32,000 nucleotides of DNA from NCBI RefSeq assembly GCF_003428155.1, contig NZ_QLIR01000006.1, positions 30,001-62,000 on the forward strand, in the 5' to 3' direction. The DNA comes from Fastidiosibacter lacustris (GTDB lineage Bacteria > Pseudomonadota > Gammaproteobacteria > Francisellales > Francisellaceae). Each line of letters begins with the position of its first letter. Position 1 is the stretch's first letter. Below are positions 28,259 to 32,000 of this stretch, piece after piece. Both the position numbers and the translations under genes were made by a program. The notes below the pieces were generated by a model. That model had not been told where the DNA came from, did no database searches, and saw only the letters and a list, made by a program, of their open reading frames with translations.

Positions 28259-29500
28259 CTAACTGACGTTAAGACTCTCGCAAACTTTAGCTAATATGTT
28301 GAGTTTACGTTTGGCATCAACGGCATAGTCATTGCTTTTATCCCACGCATAGCCTGCCAAAATTGAACAAATCTTTGCTTTTATTTCAGGTGGTTGAGTT
28401 TTGCTATAAATGATTTTTTGCAGATCCCCATTATACCACGCACGAACATAACATTTAAAGGTGCTCACCCCTTGCTGTAATGGTTTTGCAAATTCAGTTT
28501 GCCAATCAACAGTTTGATTACTTAATGCTTTATCTAATGCATTTGCAGCAAGAACAGCTGATTTTAAAGCAATCGTAACACCTGATGAAAAAATGGGATC
28601 CAAAAACTCTCCTGCGTTGCCAAGTAAGGCATAACCATGCCCATACAGTGATGTTACATCTTGAGCATAACCAGTAATGTTGCGCACGGGTGTTGTAAAC
28701 TGAACGTTACTTAATATACGCTTAAGGTTGGGTGCTAGCTGAAGTAAAGCAAGTAATTGTTGTTCATTTGATAAACTTTCATTTCCAAGTAAACCAGGTT
28801 CCCCAACCACGCCGATGGAATATTTTTTATTGGATAAAGGAATTAACCAAAACCAGATGTCTTGCTGTTGTGGGTGGGTGGTGATTAAAATTTTATTTTG
28901 ATCGAACAGTGATTGATCAACAGAAGTGTGGATATGTGTAAAAATAGATTTGCGCGGTGGAAATTCACTTGGTCGATTAAGATTTAACAGGTTAGGAAGA
29001 GTGCGCGAAAAGCCGCTAGCATCAAGGATAAACTTTGTTTGATAGGTATGACTGTTATAATTGGTATCAACAGCTTTAAGTTGATGAATATTGTCACCAA
29101 AAGCGACTTCAGTTACACGTTGTTGGTAGTGAATTTCTACGCCATAATTTTGAGCTTTGTCAGCCAATAGTTTATCAAAAGTAGCCCGCTCAACTTGAAA
29201 TGTAGTATTAAATCCAGGGCATGATTTTTGGCCAAAATCAAAATCAGTATATGTATCTTTATGACAAAATGCAGCGCCATTTTTAAACTGGAACCCAGCA
29301 TTTTCAACCACGTCTAGGAGATTAGCATTTTGTAGGAATTCCATTGCTTGTGGTAATAGGCTTTCACCAATTGAAAAGCGTGGAAATTGTGAGGATTCGA
29401 TAATGGCTACACGATAGCCTTTTTGCGCTAAAATAGATGCAGCAACCGTACCTGAGGGACCTGCGCCAATAATAAACACATCATAGAAAGTTGAGTGCAT
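28259..29500 (-). CDS. FAD-dependent enzyme with flavin-dependent-halogenase signatures
   Basis: 413 aa. FAD fold IIGAGPSGTVAA. Both halogenase signatures are present: WxWxIP (DIWFWLIPL) and FxxPxxSxG (EFLDPIFSSGV). Lys73 (FQFKNGAAF) lies ~60 aa after GxGxxG, about where the catalytic Lys sits in PrnA-type enzymes. Confidence 0.6.
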   Translation of the reverse strand: MHSTFYDVFIIGAGPSGTVAASILAQKGYRVAIIESSQFPRFSIGESLLPQAMEFLQNANLLDVVENAGFQFKNGAAFCHKDTYTDFDFGQKSCPGFNTTFQVERATFDKLLADKAQNYGVEIHYQQRVTEVAFGDNIHQLKAVDTNYNSHTYQTKFILDASGFSRTLPNLLNLNRPSEFPPRKSIFTHIHTSVDQSLFDQNKILITTHPQQQDIWFWLIPLSNKKYSIGVVGEPGLLGNESLSNEQQLLALLQLAPNLKRILSNVQFTTPVRNITGYAQDVTSLYGHGYALLGNAGEFLDPIFSSGVTIALKSAVLAANALDKALSNQTVDWQTEFAKPLQQGVSTFKCYVRAWYNGDLQKIIYSKTQPPEIKAKICSILAGYAWDKSNDYAVDAKRKLNILAKVCESLNVS

Positions 29501-29688
29501 ATGTTAAGAGCATTTTGGATAAGTGCAGTTAATGTAACGGATAAGAAAGTATTGATCTATAATTATTTCGTAAAAAGAATACTTTTGTACTTTTCTTTTT
29601 TTTTGTCATCAGTTATCTTGTTCTTGCAGGCTCTTGCTTGTATCGAAAATAATACCCATTTAATAAAACAGTAAGGGATGAGAGAACT

Positions 29689-31053
29689 ATGTTGAAAAAA
29701 CTAACTTTAGCTGTGCTTGCTGCTTCTGTATCGACGGTTGTTTATGCTCAAGATGTTAGTAGCAGTCAATCAACCGATAATCAATCGGTACAAGCACAAA
29801 TTGCTGAACTCAAAAAAGAAATTGCCGCATTACAAGCTAACCAAGAAGCTTTGTCAAGCAGTAAGAAAACGAGCTCATCTGTGACAAGTTTTGGCGAGGA
29901 TAGTGAGCATGTAACTGTCCCTACAAATCAGGGGCAGATTCAGAACTTCTTATTCTCAGATGTGCAACAAGGTGTTGTTCCTATGGGAATGTTAAGCTCT
30001 TCTCAATTTGCACTAGGACTTCTGAAACAGCGTAACAAGTACAGTGACTATGGCTTGATCTTTGGTGGATATTTGGAAATTGATGCTCAAACTTGGAATG
30101 GTAGTACAATACCTGCTATCTCGACAAATAATGGTCCAACAGGGGATAATACTAATAATTATCAATCAGGAAAAGGTATCTATATTACAACTGCAAACCT
30201 TTATACTGCTGCAAACCTTGGTCGTTATGTAACAACAGAAATGACGTTAGCAACTGATCAAAATAATAATTTTCGTGTCAATGACGGTTTAGTGGTATTT
30301 GGTAATTTAGATGACTATCCACTCTATGCTACTGTTGGTAAGAACCGCATTCCATTAGGTTCTTTCTCAGGTGGAGGTCCGTGGACAGGTTCATTAACAC
30401 AAATGTTGTTTAGACCAGGTCGTGTGATTAATGCGTCATTGGCATACTATCAATATGGTTTAAGCACTAATGTAACATTCTTCCAAACCGATGATCACAC
30501 CAGTAATTTTTCCTATGCCGCCTTTTATGGTAATACGGCAGGTGAATGGGGTTATGGCATCAATGGTGGTTATCTTTATAATGTAAATGGTACAAATAAT
30601 TCATTTAACGCTGCTACAAACCTTGGAACAACTAAAACACGCATTGGTGCAGTAAACTTTGATGCAAGTCTAAATTACGATGTCTATGGTGTGGGCGCTG
30701 GTTGGGCTCAAACGACGAATAAATCTAGTATAACAAACAACGGTTATGCTGGTGCGTGGTATGTGCAGGCGGGGTTTTCTCCAGAGATCTATGGTCGCTC
30801 AACTAACTTTAATATCTCTTATAACGGTTCTTATAACACAAACGATATTCCAGTCACGCTAAGCGGTAGTGCGGTTAACGAGTATAAGCCCGCTAATGTT
30901 GTAGCAGGGGGTGTAAATAAAATGGTTGTAGCATCTGCGCAACGTCCATTCTTTACTGAAAATGTATTGCTTGGTTTGGAGTACGCTTACATGCATATGT
31001 ACAACAATCAGCATGCTAATGCCTATACGCTAGATATTTCTGTGTATTTCTAA
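29689..31053 (+). CDS. Outer-membrane beta-barrel porin with N-terminal coiled coil (DcaP-like architecture)
   Basis: 454 aa. Signal peptide MLKKLTLAVLAASVSTVVYA/QD and a heptad segment QAQIAELKKEIAALQANQEAL. A long Gly/Asn/Tyr/Thr-rich region has alternating hydrophobic residues. The C-terminal beta-signal ends LDISVYF. Confidence 0.65.
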   Translation: MLKKLTLAVLAASVSTVVYAQDVSSSQSTDNQSVQAQIAELKKEIAALQANQEALSSSKKTSSSVTSFGEDSEHVTVPTNQGQIQNFLFSDVQQGVVPMGMLSSSQFALGLLKQRNKYSDYGLIFGGYLEIDAQTWNGSTIPAISTNNGPTGDNTNNYQSGKGIYITTANLYTAANLGRYVTTEMTLATDQNNNFRVNDGLVVFGNLDDYPLYATVGKNRIPLGSFSGGGPWTGSLTQMLFRPGRVINASLAYYQYGLSTNVTFFQTDDHTSNFSYAAFYGNTAGEWGYGINGGYLYNVNGTNNSFNAATNLGTTKTRIGAVNFDASLNYDVYGVGAGWAQTTNKSSITNNGYAGAWYVQAGFSPEIYGRSTNFNISYNGSYNTNDIPVTLSGSAVNEYKPANVVAGGVNKMVVASAQRPFFTENVLLGLEYAYMHMYNNQHANAYTLDISVYF

Positions 31054-31063
31054 TCTAATAGTT

Positions 31064-31083
31064 GTGATCCTTTAAAGGATCAC
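31064..31083 (+). terminator. Hairpin downstream of the porin gene
   Basis: 20-nt perfect palindrome GTGATCCTTTAAAGGATCAC starting 11 nt after the porin stop. No strong T-tract follows. Confidence 0.45.
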
Positions 31084-31296
31084 TCTATCAAGATCGATTG
31101 CCAATTGTGTTATTGCTTGTAATGCTATTTTGCTACTAAATGCATATCTTAAAATGGGGAAAAATATAAAGAGGAAAGAGCAAAGCAAATGATGAATTGA
31201 ATCTCACCTGTAACGTGGCAACATATCAATTTCCACTGGAATATATAAGTTTATGTCGAGAAACTCTGCCCCAGATATTGAAGTAATATCAAATTT

Positions 31297-32000
31297 TTAT
31301 ATGCTTACAGAGTCCGGAATGTAGGAACCAAATAAAGAAAAAATGAAATAGAGTGCGAAAAAACTCACAAAGCCAGCAATTGGCAGAAACGTGACCAAAA
31401 AATCTTTATCTAAGCCTTGCTCTTCTGCAAAAATAATTACCAAAAAACTTGGTGGTAAGCATGCACTAATCAAAATTACCATTTTTGCATAACCGGAAAC
31501 ATCAAAAAGTGAAACAAAAGCAAAAGCAATTCCATACCCCACTAGCATTTTTACAAATAGTGTCACTATAGACGGAAGCACATGTTTAGGGAAATATATG
31601 AAACGATATCCTAGGACAAACATAACCGCAGGTAAAATTAGATAACCAACGCTATTTAGCCCTTCGCTCAGGTAATAATTCATACCTCCAAAGATAAAAT
31701 GTATAAGCAGACCACAAACTACTGAAAGAGGTATTGGACCTAAAAAGAAGCTTCGAATAAATTTAAAGGACATGTGCTGCTTCGTGCCATAATAACAAGT
31801 AATAAAATAATTGAAGGTAAAAAGAATAATTGCATGTGTGATATCAAAAACAAAGAAAGTCGGTAGCGCTGGAGATCCATACAACAATAACACCAATGCT
31901 AAACCAATACTCCCTCCTTCTAAAGACGAGAAAGCCGCTACAAAAGAACCAGCTTCTATAGGTTTAATTTTTCTAATCCTAATATAGGCTATTGATACCA
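31297..32000 (-). CDS. AEC (auxin efflux carrier) family transporter, 5' end outside the window
   Basis: The reading frame stays open upstream of the TTG listed at 31896 to the window edge (...AYIRIRKIKPIEAGSFVAAFSSLEGGSIGLALVLLLYG). The C-terminal half resembles the AEC pattern (ILISACLPPSFLVIIFAEEQGLDKDF). Confidence 0.65.
   Translation of the reverse strand, partial: VSIAYIRIRKIKPIEAGSFVAAFSSLEGGSIGLALVLLLYGSPALPTFFVFDITHAIILFTFNYFITCYYGTKQHMSFKFIRSFFLGPIPLSVVCGLLIHFIFGGMNYYLSEGLNSVGYLILPAVMFVLGYRFIYFPKHVLPSIVTLFVKMLVGYGIAFAFVSLFDVSGYAKMVILISACLPPSFLVIIFAEEQGLDKDFLVTFLPIAGFVSFFALYFIFSLFGSYIPDSVSI

Overview
AT-rich bacterial chromosomal segment, clearly gammaproteobacterial. A Legionellales-like lineage is a tentative guess from the Sel1-repeat protein, arylamine NAT, porin type and gene content. 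About 26 kb is housekeeping: uvrA, tRNA-Asn, yaiI-like, hisS, a shortened division cluster ddl-ftsQ-ftsA-ftsZ, polA and htpG. Interspersed are an OmpR-type two-component operon with a third polytopic membrane gene, a CDF cation exporter, a secreted Sel1-repeat protein, an MMPL/RND-type exporter, an orphan flavin-dependent-halogenase-like gene, a coiled-coil porin and a partial AEC transporter. The least ordinary part is the first ~5.8 kb. Two divergent units share one control region. Leftward: small ORF, AurF-like diiron N-oxygenase, arylamine N-acetyltransferase. Rightward: CI-like XRE/S24 repressor overlapping a CDA-fold deaminase, then an N-terminally extended YhhQ/VUT transporter broken by one in-frame TAA, then a stand-alone glutamine amidotransferase. 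I know of no described pathway with this combination and flag it as the best candidate for an uncharacterised system, but the functional link is inference. I saw no CRISPR array, transposase, integrase, rRNA or hallmark phage-defence genes. All family calls rest on motif recognition by eye, not on alignments or searches.
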